From: Candidatus Binatia bacterium
GTDB taxonomy: Bacteria > Desulfobacterota > Binatia > Bin18
Direction: 5' to 3'
Assembly (NCBI GenBank): GCA_963666315.2
Contig: CAXXHG010000044.1
Coordinates: 1-25,738, forward strand
Length of the DNA stretch: 25,738 bases
Both the position numbers and the translations under genes were made by a program. The notes beneath the pieces are model-generated. The model was not told where the DNA came from. It made no database searches and saw only the letters and a list, made by a program, of their open reading frames with translations. The first letter of the stretch is position 1; each line of letters starts with the position of its first letter. Shown piece by piece: positions 1 through 8,804 of this stretch.

Positions 1-21
1 AGTAAAGGTGACTATACGCAT
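1..21 (-). CDS. 5' start of a gene running off the left edge (MRIVTFT...), possibly fumarylacetoacetate hydrolase family
   Basis: ATG at 21-19 on the minus strand, GGAGG RBS (27-31) 5 nt upstream, and a matching promoter. Only 7 codons are visible, so the product is a guess. Confidence 0.55.
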
Positions 22-51
22 GGCAGCCTCCGGCGGACGGGAATGCGGATA

Positions 52-96
52 AGTATAGCCGTATCTATCGACATGTTCAACTAGTTGGACATGTCG
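52..96 (-). promoter_or_regulatory. sigma70-type promoter with overlapping 28-bp palindromic operator
   Basis: Minus strand TTGAAC (80-75), 17 nt, TATACT (57-52). Palindrome CGACATGTTCAACT/AGTTGGACATGTCG at 69-96 has one mismatch. Confidence 0.6.
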
Positions 97-238
97 TGGT
101 GCTGCTGAGGTGAGGGCCGGCCGTCAGATTGGATCTGTTCTGATTCTAGAGAGTCGATGGCCTTTCGGATCCATTCCTCTTTGATCGAAACTCTAACTGT
201 CCTGGTTTGTATTGGCGGAAGTGTTCAGTGGACTTCAT

Positions 239-1207
239 CTAAACCTTCGGCTGAACTTCCGGATTCGCGCAATTCAGCGGTGCTTCGCCATTCCGCAGCC
301 GGTTCACATTCTCCGCAACACGTTTGGCGATGCCTTGGAGGCTGACGTCGGTCGCGCCGCCGATGTGGGGGGTGGCCAGGACGTTGTAAGAAAAGATCTC
401 GTCGTCCGGGTCAAACGGCTCATACCAAAACACATCCAAGCCGGCGCCTGCGATACGGCCTTCTTTGAGAGCGGTCAGCAGGGCATCGTAATCCAGCACT
501 GGGCCGCGGGCCACGTTGATCACAAATGCCTCTGGTTTCATGCAGGCAAACTCAGCCTGACCCATGAGGCTACGGGTTTCGTCATTGAGAGGCGGGGCGG
601 TGATGACAAAATCAGCCTCTCGCAGTACATCGTGGAGCCCGTCTTGAGCAACATGGCGACTGATAGGAATGTCATCGTCCGGCTTGTCTGTCGCAGGACC
701 ACGGCGGGAGACGGCGAGGACATTCATCTCAAAGCCGGATAAGCGTTCGGCGAGCGCCCGCCCGATCCCACCATACCCAATAATGGCTGCTGTTTTGCCT
801 TTGAGGGCCTGACCCATAGGCGAACCCAGGACTTTGTTCCGGATGCTCTCTTGGGTCTGCCGATATTTTCTGGCTAAACCGAGCATAAAAAGCAGGGCGA
901 GTTCGGCAACGGATTCGGCATTGCCGGTTCCCGCCGTCGGCACATTGGCAACATAGATGCCCGCGGCCGTGGCCGCCGGAATATCGACCGTGTCCAAACC
1001 TGCGCCGTACTGCTGAATAAGCTTCAGTCGAGGCGAGCGCATAGCGTCCGCCGCAATTGGTGAGACAGTGGGGATTAAGACATCTGCATCTTGGGCGGCT
1101 TCTGATACGTGGTCTGGCAGGCAATCCAGGATTTCATCATCAGGAAGCTCATTTTCGAGGATGTTGCAAATATAAGTCAGACCCTGTCGGCAAAAGTAAA
1201 TCCGCAT
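239..1207 (-). CDS. D-isomer-specific 2-hydroxyacid dehydrogenase
   Basis: GYGGIG Rossmann motif, NVARG, DVFWYEP and TPHIGG catalytic motifs. Start moved to MRIYF (1207), which avoids overlap with the divergent gene's leader. Confidence 0.9.
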   Translation of the reverse strand: MRIYFCRQGLTYICNILENELPDDEILDCLPDHVSEAAQDADVLIPTVSPIAADAMRSPRLKLIQQYGAGLDTVDIPAATAAGIYVANVPTAGTGNAESVAELALLFMLGLARKYRQTQESIRNKVLGSPMGQALKGKTAAIIGYGGIGRALAERLSGFEMNVLAVSRRGPATDKPDDDIPISRHVAQDGLHDVLREADFVITAPPLNDETRSLMGQAEFACMKPEAFVINVARGPVLDYDALLTALKEGRIAGAGLDVFWYEPFDPDDEIFSYNVLATPHIGGATDVSLQGIAKRVAENVNRLRNGEAPLNCANPEVQPKV

Positions 1208-1310
1208 AACATCTTCCCCAGCCATTCCCTTGATCGTTGGCGCCGCCTGGTCGATAATAGGCCGCCCTGATAATAGATCGCCCGAGTTCGGAAGAAAAGG
1301 AGGGAGCAGC

Positions 1311-2099
1311 ATGGACTATAGCCGTTATGAGTGTCTGAGCGCTGAGCGCACAGGAAAGGTTTTGACCGTGTCGTTCAACCGGCCGCAAGCCCTCAACGCA
1401 ATCAACGCCCAGTTGCATACTGAGTTGTCGCACATCTTTGCTGACATTGCGCAGGATGATGAAACTGAGGCCGTAGTCTTGACCGGCAAGGGGCGAGCGT
1501 TTTGCGCTGGGGGTGACATTAAATGGTTTCAGGACATGACGTCAGGTCAGTTGGATGATCTCTTTCGCGAGGCACGTAAGATTATTATCGACATGCTGGA
1601 AGTTGAACAGCCGATCATTGCGGCGGTCAATGGAGCAGCGACTGGTTTAGGGGCCACGCTGGCACTGTTTTCCGATGTCATTTATGCGGCGGATAACGCC
1701 AAGATCGGCGACCCGCATGTGCGCGTTGGCGTCGTGGCCGGAGACGGCGGGGCGATCATTTGGCCGTGGTTGATTGGTACGGCTAAAGCCAAAGAGTTCC
1801 TGATGACGGGCGACTTAGTGCAAGCTGAGGAAGCCGAACGCATAGGCCTGGTGAATCATGTTGTCCCGGCCGATCAGCTCATGGAAAAAGCCACGGCGTT
1901 CGCCACGCGTATGGCGAATGGTCCACGTATGGCCATTCGGGGGACCAAAGCTGCAGTGAATAAAATATTGCGCGATACCGTAAATCTGGTCCTCGATACG
2001 TCCTTAGCCATAGAAAAGCAGTGTTTTCATACTGAGGATCACAAAGAAGCAATCCGGTCTTTTGTGGAAAAGCGCGCGCCGAAATTTACCGGAAAATAA
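1311..2099 (+). CDS. Enoyl-CoA hydratase/isomerase (crotonase) family protein with non-canonical active site
   Basis: [43 protein letters not shown] before ATG 1311. Confidence 0.92.
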   Translation: MDYSRYECLSAERTGKVLTVSFNRPQALNAINAQLHTELSHIFADIAQDDETEAVVLTGKGRAFCAGGDIKWFQDMTSGQLDDLFREARKIIIDMLEVEQPIIAAVNGAATGLGATLALFSDVIYAADNAKIGDPHVRVGVVAGDGGAIIWPWLIGTAKAKEFLMTGDLVQAEEAERIGLVNHVVPADQLMEKATAFATRMANGPRMAIRGTKAAVNKILRDTVNLVLDTSLAIEKQCFHTEDHKEAIRSFVEKRAPKFTGK

Positions 2100-2113
2100 A
2101 CTGCTCAATATTC

Positions 2114-2530
2114 ATGGCGACTACGGCTTCTCCGGGACTACGCCCGCTGAGTGTGGCAATTGCCGCCTGCTTGGTAGCGGGCTATGCTGCCATGTTTATT
2201 GTCTGGGACATTATTGCCCCGTTTGAGCGGCCGTATGCCGAAGGTCCAGTGAGTGTCGTTTTAGGAATTCGGGTGTTCGGACTTTCGGCGCAACTCATGC
2301 ACGCTTTGCAGCTCATGGTTGCGCTCAGTATGGCGTTTCGTCTGTGGAAGATGCAGCGCTTGGGGTGGCAGTTGGTCCTGTTTAGTGTCGGGTATATGGT
2401 TGCCTCATTCACGATATGGGTGCTGGCGTACCAGGAATCTGGCCTGATTGGTGGCTTTGGTCTTTTCTATACGGTGATACTCGTTGTGCTGCTCGTGTTC
2501 ACATATCCGCACCGAAAGAAATTTGTGTGA
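2114..2530 (+). CDS. Hypothetical membrane protein (about 4 TM helices)
   Basis: Four hydrophobic stretches. Fills the gap between two co-oriented genes. Confidence 0.7.
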   Translation: MATTASPGLRPLSVAIAACLVAGYAAMFIVWDIIAPFERPYAEGPVSVVLGIRVFGLSAQLMHALQLMVALSMAFRLWKMQRLGWQLVLFSVGYMVASFTIWVLAYQESGLIGGFGLFYTVILVVLLVFTYPHRKKFV

Positions 2531-2573
2531 AGCCAAGACAGCGAGAGGACAATACAGGGCGAACGGAGGAAAA

Positions 2574-3401
2574 ATGTCTGATCAACAAGAGAATATTCGG
2601 AATCTTCTTGATTTCACTGGGAAAACCGCACTGGTGGCAGGCGTCCTGGACGAAAATTCCATAGGCTGGCCCATTGCGAAGATGCTCAATGATGGGGGCG
2701 CCCGGATTGCGCTGTCTATCCAGCGGAAGGCCGTCCGTCGCATGATGGGGAGCATCCCGGACCAACTCAATAATCCCCTGATTGCTGAGTGCGATGTGGG
2801 TAAAGACGATCAGGTTGAACGTCTCTTCTCGCAGGTCAAGCAAGAGTTTGGTCACCTGGACTATCTTATTCACTCCATTGCGTATGCTCCTCCGTCCTCT
2901 TTTGGGCAACGTTTCATGAACATCTCGCGTTCAGATTTCGCTTTGGCCATGGAGGTCAGCGCGTATTCCCTTATCACGTTGGCAAACGGCGCTTTCCCGC
3001 TGATGAAGGACCGCGGGGGATGCATTCTGGCCATGACCTATTACGCGGGCGAGAAGGTCATTCCTGGTTACCAGTTAATGAGTATTACCAAGGCCGCGCT
3101 CGATAATATTATCAAGAACCTAGCCTTCGACCTGGCGCCTCATCGCATCCGGGTGAATGGCCTTTCCCCTGGTCCGACCTCAACGAGGGCGGGAACCAGT
3201 ATCCCTGGTTTTAAGATCATGCAGGATCACATGCGCGAGTATGCACCGTTGCGAGAGGAAATTCTGAACACTGACGCCGGCAAAGCCGCGCTCTTTTTAT
3301 GCAGTCCCTTGGCCGAGAAAATCACGGGCGAGATCGTCCATATTGACGGCGGCTATAATATTATGGGCATGACGATTAAGCCGCCCGAGGGCATGGGGTA
3401 A
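2574..3401 (+). CDS. fabI: Enoyl-ACP reductase (FabI-like)
   Basis: HSIAYAP, SAYSL, YYAGEKVIPGYQLMSITK (Yx6K), RVNGLSPGP, TGEIVHIDGG. GGAGG RBS before ATG 2574. Confidence 0.85.
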   Translation: MSDQQENIRNLLDFTGKTALVAGVLDENSIGWPIAKMLNDGGARIALSIQRKAVRRMMGSIPDQLNNPLIAECDVGKDDQVERLFSQVKQEFGHLDYLIHSIAYAPPSSFGQRFMNISRSDFALAMEVSAYSLITLANGAFPLMKDRGGCILAMTYYAGEKVIPGYQLMSITKAALDNIIKNLAFDLAPHRIRVNGLSPGPTSTRAGTSIPGFKIMQDHMREYAPLREEILNTDAGKAALFLCSPLAEKITGEIVHIDGGYNIMGMTIKPPEGMG

Positions 3402-3404
3402 CAG

Positions 3405-4103
3405 ATGAGACCTAGACTGGCTCCAGTCGCCTTTATCGTCATTATTCTGCTGATAGGAGTATTGGCGGCTGGGAATTATCTTGTTCTTCAAGCTGGGCCT
3501 ATTGCTCAGGCTATCCTTGGCCAGCTCAGCGCCTTGAGCGGCGACGGAGCCGCCGCTTCCCGGGCCTATTTTGTTGGGGCTCCGCTTGTAGTGGGCGTGC
3601 TGCTGTTACTGATTGTGCCGCGTTGTGTGACAGCTGGAGCGGACTCCGAAACAGCGGTTCCGGTACCTGATCCGTCGGAGGAGCAAGCGCAGCCGAAGAA
3701 ACCCACGGCTCCAGGCCGGCCAAATTCTGATGCCGCGATTCAGCTGTTGGCTTTATTGCAACGGGAAGGACGGCTGGTAGATTTTCTGCGCGAAGATATC
3801 GACTCGTATGATGACGCCCAGGTAGGGGCAGCGGTACGCAGCATTCATGCATCGTGTCGCCAAGTTTTGGCCGAGTATCTCAGCATTGAGCCGGTGTTGG
3901 GCGGCGCGGAAGGCGATGCGGTCACCGTTCCCGAGGATTGTGACCCCTCCACCATTCGTCTGACCGGCAATGTCAGTGGAGAAGCACCGTTTCGGGGTGC
4001 ATTGCGACATGCCGGCTGGTGGGTTGCCTCTGTCGCGCTGCCCGAACAGCCCCGGGGGCAGAACCTGCAAGTCATTGCCCCGGCAGAAGTGGAAATTCCG
4101 TAA
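3405..4103 (+). CDS. DUF2760-domain protein with two N-terminal TM segments
   Basis: LLALLQREGRLVDFLREDI...QVGAAVRSIH...IRLTGNV...GALRHAGW...VIAPAEVE matches DUF2760 as recalled. Adjacent to an Hsp70 gene. Confidence 0.8.
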   Translation: MRPRLAPVAFIVIILLIGVLAAGNYLVLQAGPIAQAILGQLSALSGDGAAASRAYFVGAPLVVGVLLLLIVPRCVTAGADSETAVPVPDPSEEQAQPKKPTAPGRPNSDAAIQLLALLQREGRLVDFLREDIDSYDDAQVGAAVRSIHASCRQVLAEYLSIEPVLGGAEGDAVTVPEDCDPSTIRLTGNVSGEAPFRGALRHAGWWVASVALPEQPRGQNLQVIAPAEVEIP

Positions 4104-4143
4104 TAGAGGTACAGTCTTCGGGGGCGACGTCTGATTACGAAAT

Positions 4144-4189
4144 GTAGGGGCGATTCACGAGTTGCCCGGGCGAGGTGACCTCGCCCGGG
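4144..4189 (+). repeat. GTAG-type REP-like palindromes
   Basis: GTAGGGGCGATTCACGAGTTGCCC overlapping the perfect inverted repeat CCCGGGCGAGGT-G-ACCTCGCCCGGG (4165-4189). Confidence 0.65.
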
Positions 4190-4227
4190 TACGGCGCTGC
4201 AGCGCATCCCCTGTTTCGATATACATT

Positions 4228-7104
4228 ATGCCTATGACAACTGCGCCGTCATCATTACGTCGTTACATCGTCGGCATTGATCTGGGTACAACAAACTGTG
4301 CCGTTGCCTATATCGATACCACTCGCTCGGCTGAAGTGCAGCACTTCCCCATCCCTCAGCTCGTCAACGAAGCCACAGTTGCGCACCAGCCGACCCTGCC
4401 GTCGTTTCTGTATCTGCCGGGTCCCCGCGATTTACCGCTAGGCAGTCTCGCTCTACCGTGGGATCGTGAGCCGTCCTTTGCTGTCGGCCAATTCGCGCGT
4501 ATCCAAGGCGCACGCATTCCCGGCCGGTTAGTGTCTTCGGCCAAGTCGTGGTTGTGTCATGCAGGGGTAGATCGTGCAGCCGATATCCTGCCCTGGGACG
4601 GTCTGTCCGAAGTGAAAAAACTGTCTCCGGTTGCGGTCACTGCACGCTATCTGCAGCACCTGCGTGATGCCTGGCGGCAAGAAATGGGGAAGGCCCAGCC
4701 GCTTGAGGCCCAGCAAATCGTTCTCACCGTTCCTGCCTCGTTTGACGAGGTTGCCCGCGAGCTCACCGTGCAAGCTGCCGAACAGGCCGGCCTGTCGCAG
4801 CTGACGCTCTTAGAAGAACCCCAGGCTGCCTTGTACGCCTGGCTGGCCGCCCACGCTGACACCTGGCAGACTCAGCTCAAACCAGGCAGTGTGATCTTCG
4901 TGTGTGATGTCGGTGGCGGGACAACGGACCTCAGTTTGATCACGGTCACGCAAGGCAAGACCCAGCTTGGTTTAGAACGTATAGCCGTGGGCGACCACCT
5001 GCTGCTGGGCGGTGACAATATGGATGTAGCGCTGGCACGAAGGGTGGAGGCGCGTATGAGCACCGGCCAGCGGCTGGATACCCAACGCTGGCATCTGCTG
5101 TGTCAGTCATGTCGTATAGCCAAGGAAGATCTCTTTGCCGACGCGTTACAGGAAAAGGCGACGCTGACCCTACCTGGAAGAGGGAGTTCGGTTATTGGTG
5201 GAACCTTAACCGACAGCCTCTCCCGGCAAGATATTGAGCAAGTGATACTCGATGGGTTTTTCCCCAGCGTGGAAGCCGACGCGCGGCCGCGCCGGGGAGG
5301 ACAGGCTGGACTCCAAGAGTTTGGACTTCCTTATGAAACGGAGCCTGAAATTTTACGCCATGTCTCCCTTTTTCTCAGCCGGCATGCCGACGCTGTCGCG
5401 CCTTCGTCGCACGGATTAGCTCAGCCTGATGCCATACTCTTTAACGGCGGAGCCCTGACTCCGCTCGCAATCCGTGAACGCATTGCCCAGACGCTGGCAG
5501 CCTGGTTTCAGACCGATGGACAAGAAGACTGGCAGCCGGCAGTTCTGTCTCATACGAATCTTGATCTGGCCGTTGCATATGGGGCTGCTTACTACGGGAT
5601 GGTCCGCCGTGGCCAAGGCGTACGCATAGGTGGAGGCAGCGCCCGTTCGTACTATATAGGCGTTGGAGGGACCGCGCAGAATATGAATGGGGAATCGACT
5701 GAGCAACCTGAGGGTTCGATGTCGGCTGTGTGTCTTGTACGCAGAGGGATGGAAGAGGGCGAAGAGGTCCATCTGACGGAGCAGGAATTTGAGGTGCTGG
5801 CCAATCGGCCGGTCAGCTTTCCGCTCTATGCCTCAAGTACAAGAAGTGCTGATCAGCCGGGTGAACTCCTGACCCTCGAAATCGAGCAGATTTCTCTTTT
5901 GCCTCCGATACGGACGGTCTTACGCTTCGGTAAAAAAGCTCGTGTGACCAAAATTCCGGTCCACGTATCCGCCCGCTTTACCGAAGTCGGCACTCTCGAA
6001 CTGTGGTGTGAAGCCCGGCAAACCGACCACCGCTGGCGGCTCCAGTTTCAACTGCGTGGCGAAGGCCGGTCTATCCCCGCGTCCACCGCGTCTTCTTCAG
6101 CCGTTGTGGGCGAAGAACAGGTGATAGATGAGAGCCGTTTGGATGAAGCTGCCCAGCTCATCCATGCCGTATTTTCCAAGAGCGCAGATGCTGGAGAAAA
6201 AGTCGAGCCGCAGACGTTGGCCCGTCAGCTCGAAACCGCGCTCGGTACCACCCGCGACAGTTGGCCGCTGAGCGCTATTCGGTGCGTGTGGGACGTGCTG
6301 TGGGAAGATCAAAAAGGGCGCGCACTCGACCCTGAACATGAGGCCCGCTGGCTCAACTTAGCCGGCTTTTTGCTCAGACCAGGGTTCGGTCATCCAACAG
6401 ATGAATGGCGCATGCAGCAGTTGTGGAAGATGTATGGCTGGGGGCTGCTGCATGCACAGGCGACCCAGTGCCGGGCGGAGTGGTGGAATATGTGGAAGCG
6501 GGTAGCAGGCGGTCTGAGCCGACAGCAGCAGACGGTCCTATACACTGAAATTGCCCCGTGTATCCTGCCGCAGGCAAAGAATCAAAAAAAGTCCGGCGGT
6601 CGGAAAGTCGGCCCGCAAGAAATACGTGAGATGTGGCAGGTCGCCGGCAGCTGTGAGCGGCTGAATGTCGAGGCTAAATACAGTCTGGCTGAAGCCTTAG
6701 TCCGGCTGGTCGAAAAAGCCAAGGTTTCAGACCAAGAGCTGTGGGCGCTCGCGCGGCTCGGCGCGCGCGCGTTGATCTACGGTCCTGCCAACTGTGTGGT
6801 GCAAAAAGAAAAAGCCTCACGCTGGGTCGAACGGCTGCTCAAGACCGACTGGCGCAAATCGGAAGCCACTGCCTTTGCGGTTACTCAGATTGCCCGCTGC
6901 ACGGGCGACCGAAGCCGTGACCTGGATGAGAGCTTGCGTGAACCGGTAGCTGAACGAGTTGCGAGTTTTCCGTCCGGCCAACGCTGGGCGCGGCAGGTCC
7001 GAGAGGTGGTGAGACTTGAGGCCAAAGAACAGGCCCGGATTCTGGACGAGTCTTTGCCGGTTGGGTTGCAGATCCGAAGTGGAGAGGACTCTGCAGCATC
7101 GTAA
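4228..7104 (+). CDS. Atypical Hsp70-family protein with long C-terminal DUF3731-like region
   Basis: GIDLGTTNC, TVPASFD, LLEEPQAA, DVGGGTTD, LLGGDNMD, LFNGG. C-terminal WLNLAGFLLRPGFG and WALARLGAR. No recognisable DnaK linker or substrate-binding domain. Start at 4228 or 4234. Confidence 0.88.
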   Translation: MPMTTAPSSLRRYIVGIDLGTTNCAVAYIDTTRSAEVQHFPIPQLVNEATVAHQPTLPSFLYLPGPRDLPLGSLALPWDREPSFAVGQFARIQGARIPGRLVSSAKSWLCHAGVDRAADILPWDGLSEVKKLSPVAVTARYLQHLRDAWRQEMGKAQPLEAQQIVLTVPASFDEVARELTVQAAEQAGLSQLTLLEEPQAALYAWLAAHADTWQTQLKPGSVIFVCDVGGGTTDLSLITVTQGKTQLGLERIAVGDHLLLGGDNMDVALARRVEARMSTGQRLDTQRWHLLCQSCRIAKEDLFADALQEKATLTLPGRGSSVIGGTLTDSLSRQDIEQVILDGFFPSVEADARPRRGGQAGLQEFGLPYETEPEILRHVSLFLSRHADAVAPSSHGLAQPDAILFNGGALTPLAIRERIAQTLAAWFQTDGQEDWQPAVLSHTNLDLAVAYGAAYYGMVRRGQGVRIGGGSARSYYIGVGGTAQNMNGESTEQPEGSMSAVCLVRRGMEEGEEVHLTEQEFEVLANRPVSFPLYASSTRSADQPGELLTLEIEQISLLPPIRTVLRFGKKARVTKIPVHVSARFTEVGTLELWCEARQTDHRWRLQFQLRGEGRSIPASTASSSAVVGEEQVIDESRLDEAAQLIHAVFSKSADAGEKVEPQTLARQLETALGTTRDSWPLSAIRCVWDVLWEDQKGRALDPEHEARWLNLAGFLLRPGFGHPTDEWRMQQLWKMYGWGLLHAQATQCRAEWWNMWKRVAGGLSRQQQTVLYTEIAPCILPQAKNQKKSGGRKVGPQEIREMWQVAGSCERLNVEAKYSLAEALVRLVEKAKVSDQELWALARLGARALIYGPANCVVQKEKASRWVERLLKTDWRKSEATAFAVTQIARCTGDRSRDLDESLREPVAERVASFPSGQRWARQVREVVRLEAKEQARILDESLPVGLQIRSGEDSAAS

Positions 7105-7286
7105 AAGAAGGCTGGAAGACCAGAACAGCGATCCAGGGAGTCTATAGTGTTGTCTCTGGCTGTCAAGGAAAAGAAAGATCATTCGGTCGTTTGACGAATG
7201 TCAATAGGAGGTTGTACAAGAATAGATAAGATTGGCCAAAACCAGGTCTCAAGCTGGTAGTGAAGACTTGGAAGGGGACGCTTAGT

Positions 7287-7514
7287 ATGACCGAGATTGC
7301 GCCGCGAATCGTAGTGGATGAGAAAGTCCGCTTTGGCCGACCCGTCATTCAAGGGACACGCGTTCCTGTGGACCTCGTAGTAGGAAAGCGCGCCGGTGGG
7401 ATGTCGATTGAAGCAACCTGTGAGGAATACGAGCTAACGCGTGAGGATATCCTTGCCGCTCTTGCATATGCTGCCCGCATAGTTGCAGATGAGCAGGTGC
7501 GCGCAGTGAGATAG
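7287..7514 (+). CDS. DUF433 antitoxin
   Basis: RIVVDEKVRFGRPVIQGTRVPV...EEYELTREDILAALAYA is the typical DUF433 pattern. Confidence 0.88.
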   Translation: MTEIAPRIVVDEKVRFGRPVIQGTRVPVDLVVGKRAGGMSIEATCEEYELTREDILAALAYAARIVADEQVRAVR

Positions 7515-7515
7515 G

Positions 7516-7884
7516 ATGACGCGTTTCCTCGTGGATGCGGACCTTCCTCGTTCGCTTGCCCGATATCTTCGGACGGCCAACCGCTAGGCCGAGGATGTCC
7601 GAGATCTCGGTTTCCGAACAAGTCCCGACGAGGAGATCTTCGCATATGCCGTTTCGCACCATTTTGTCCTTCTCAGTGGAGACTTGGGATTTGGCAACAT
7701 CCTCCGTTTCCCTCTCGGATCTCACCCGGGCATTGTCGTTGCTCGATTCCCCAACGAGGTGTCGACTGACAAACTCAATAATGAAATCCTCGGGGCTTTG
7801 CAAAGTCTAACGGATGAGGATCTCGCTGGAAATCTTATCATTATTGAGCCTGGAAGAATCCGTCTGCGCAAACAGACCCATTGA
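7516..7884 (+). pseudogene. DUF5615/VapC45-like PIN toxin with in-frame TAG at codon 24
   Basis: MTRFLVDADLPRSLARYLRTANR*AEDVRDLG...DEEIFAYA...SGDLGFG...HPGIVV. TAG at 7585-7587; the frame continues to TGA at 7884. Confidence 0.85.
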
Positions 7885-8016
7885 CACAAGTTACCTTTCT
7901 CCCTTTTAGGACCACTTGCGGGGGAGCAGACGAGAAAGGCCCGAAGGGCCGTATCGAGCCGTAGGGGGCTGCTGCATGCTTGTCGCCTCGGCTCACGATC
8001 ACGCCGGCCACCGAAA

Positions 8017-8073
8017 AAAAATACCCACAAATAATGTGTTCGTATTTTTCTCTAGCACTATATATGGTATAAT
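8017..8073 (+). promoter_or_regulatory. Extended -10 promoter with NrdR-box-like site and upstream imperfect palindrome
   Basis: TGGTATAAT at 8065-8073, GCACTATATATGGTAT at 8055-8070, AAAAATAC...GTATTTTT at 8017-8049. Confidence 0.4.
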
Positions 8074-8222
8074 CGCAGGAAATCTTTGCCTGTAGGAAAG
8101 GGGTTGAAAATGTCGATGCGAAAAGTAGCTAACGCCAATCCTTATCGCTCATTATCGACGATGAAGATTTGGTAGAACGCTATAAGAACAAGACGCCTCT
8201 TGTGGCGGGCTAACGAGACCGC

Positions 8223-8468
8223 CTACAGCTCATCGCCCTCACGCGGCTTCTCGCCGCGCTTGCGGCGCATGATCTTGTCAAATGCTTTGAAGTTGGCCCG
8301 GGCTTTGCGCTCTTCAAAAAAAGTTGCCGTCTTCAACGTCGAGAGTTTCTCGACCACCGCCATCACCACAAACTGATTAATACTGGTGCCTTCATTTTTG
8401 GCAACGCGCGTCACTGCCTCTTTGACTGACCGTGGTAAACGTAACGGAAAAGTCGATGTCTGTTTCAT
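8223..8468 (-). CDS. RHH/HicB-like antitoxin
   Basis: MKQTSTFPLRLPRSVKEAVTRVAKNEGTSINQFVVMAVVEKLS...GEKPREGDEL. ATG at 8468. Confidence 0.8.
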   Translation of the reverse strand: MKQTSTFPLRLPRSVKEAVTRVAKNEGTSINQFVVMAVVEKLSTLKTATFFEERKARANFKAFDKIMRRKRGEKPREGDEL

Positions 8469-8804
8469 TGACGATCGCCTCTGCCCCACCGTTGATTGCG
8501 GTCTCCAAGACCATTTCATCGTCCGGTTTTTAAGTAAGGGACGCCAGAGATAATACCTTTCTACCGGCTCCATCAGCGCAATCAGTGCATCCAGAAACAC
8601 GCGGGTTTCCTTCGCCGTGAACCCTGCCGCCCGTCTATGCTTGGGCAACGTGCAGACAGCTTCATATTCCATTGCCAAAGGGAGGCTGGCTAAAAGCGTT
8701 ACCTGCTGGTTACGTGCGGCCATCATGAGCGCCGCCGACGCGCCTACCGGGCTTCGCATCCCCGCGACTACCATATTTGTATCCAACACCAGCCGCCTCA
8801 CCAT
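8469..8804 (-). pseudogene. PIN-domain toxin, frameshifted and apparently 3'-truncated
   Basis: RLVLDTN...EYEAV...WRPLLKN, then the conserved PDDEMVLETAINGGAEAIV lies in another frame (shift near 8525-8531) and runs directly into the antitoxin ATG. Confidence 0.8.

Noticed and set aside
4162-7104. Calling the Hsp70 dnaK or hscA
   Set aside because: It lacks the canonical linker and substrate domain and has no dnaJ, canonical grpE or hscB context. The extension upstream of 4228 is REP sequence.
7585-7587. Amber recoding (pyrrolysine or alternative genetic code)
   Set aside because: TAG is the normal stop of many genes here (mnmA, iscS, surE, GFA, hydrolase, SDR), and no pyl genes are in the window.
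8223-8804. 193-aa ORF as a native single protein or programmed -1 frameshift
   Set aside because: The conserved PIN motif is out of frame, and T-AAA-AAC is not a canonical X-XXY-YYZ slippery site.
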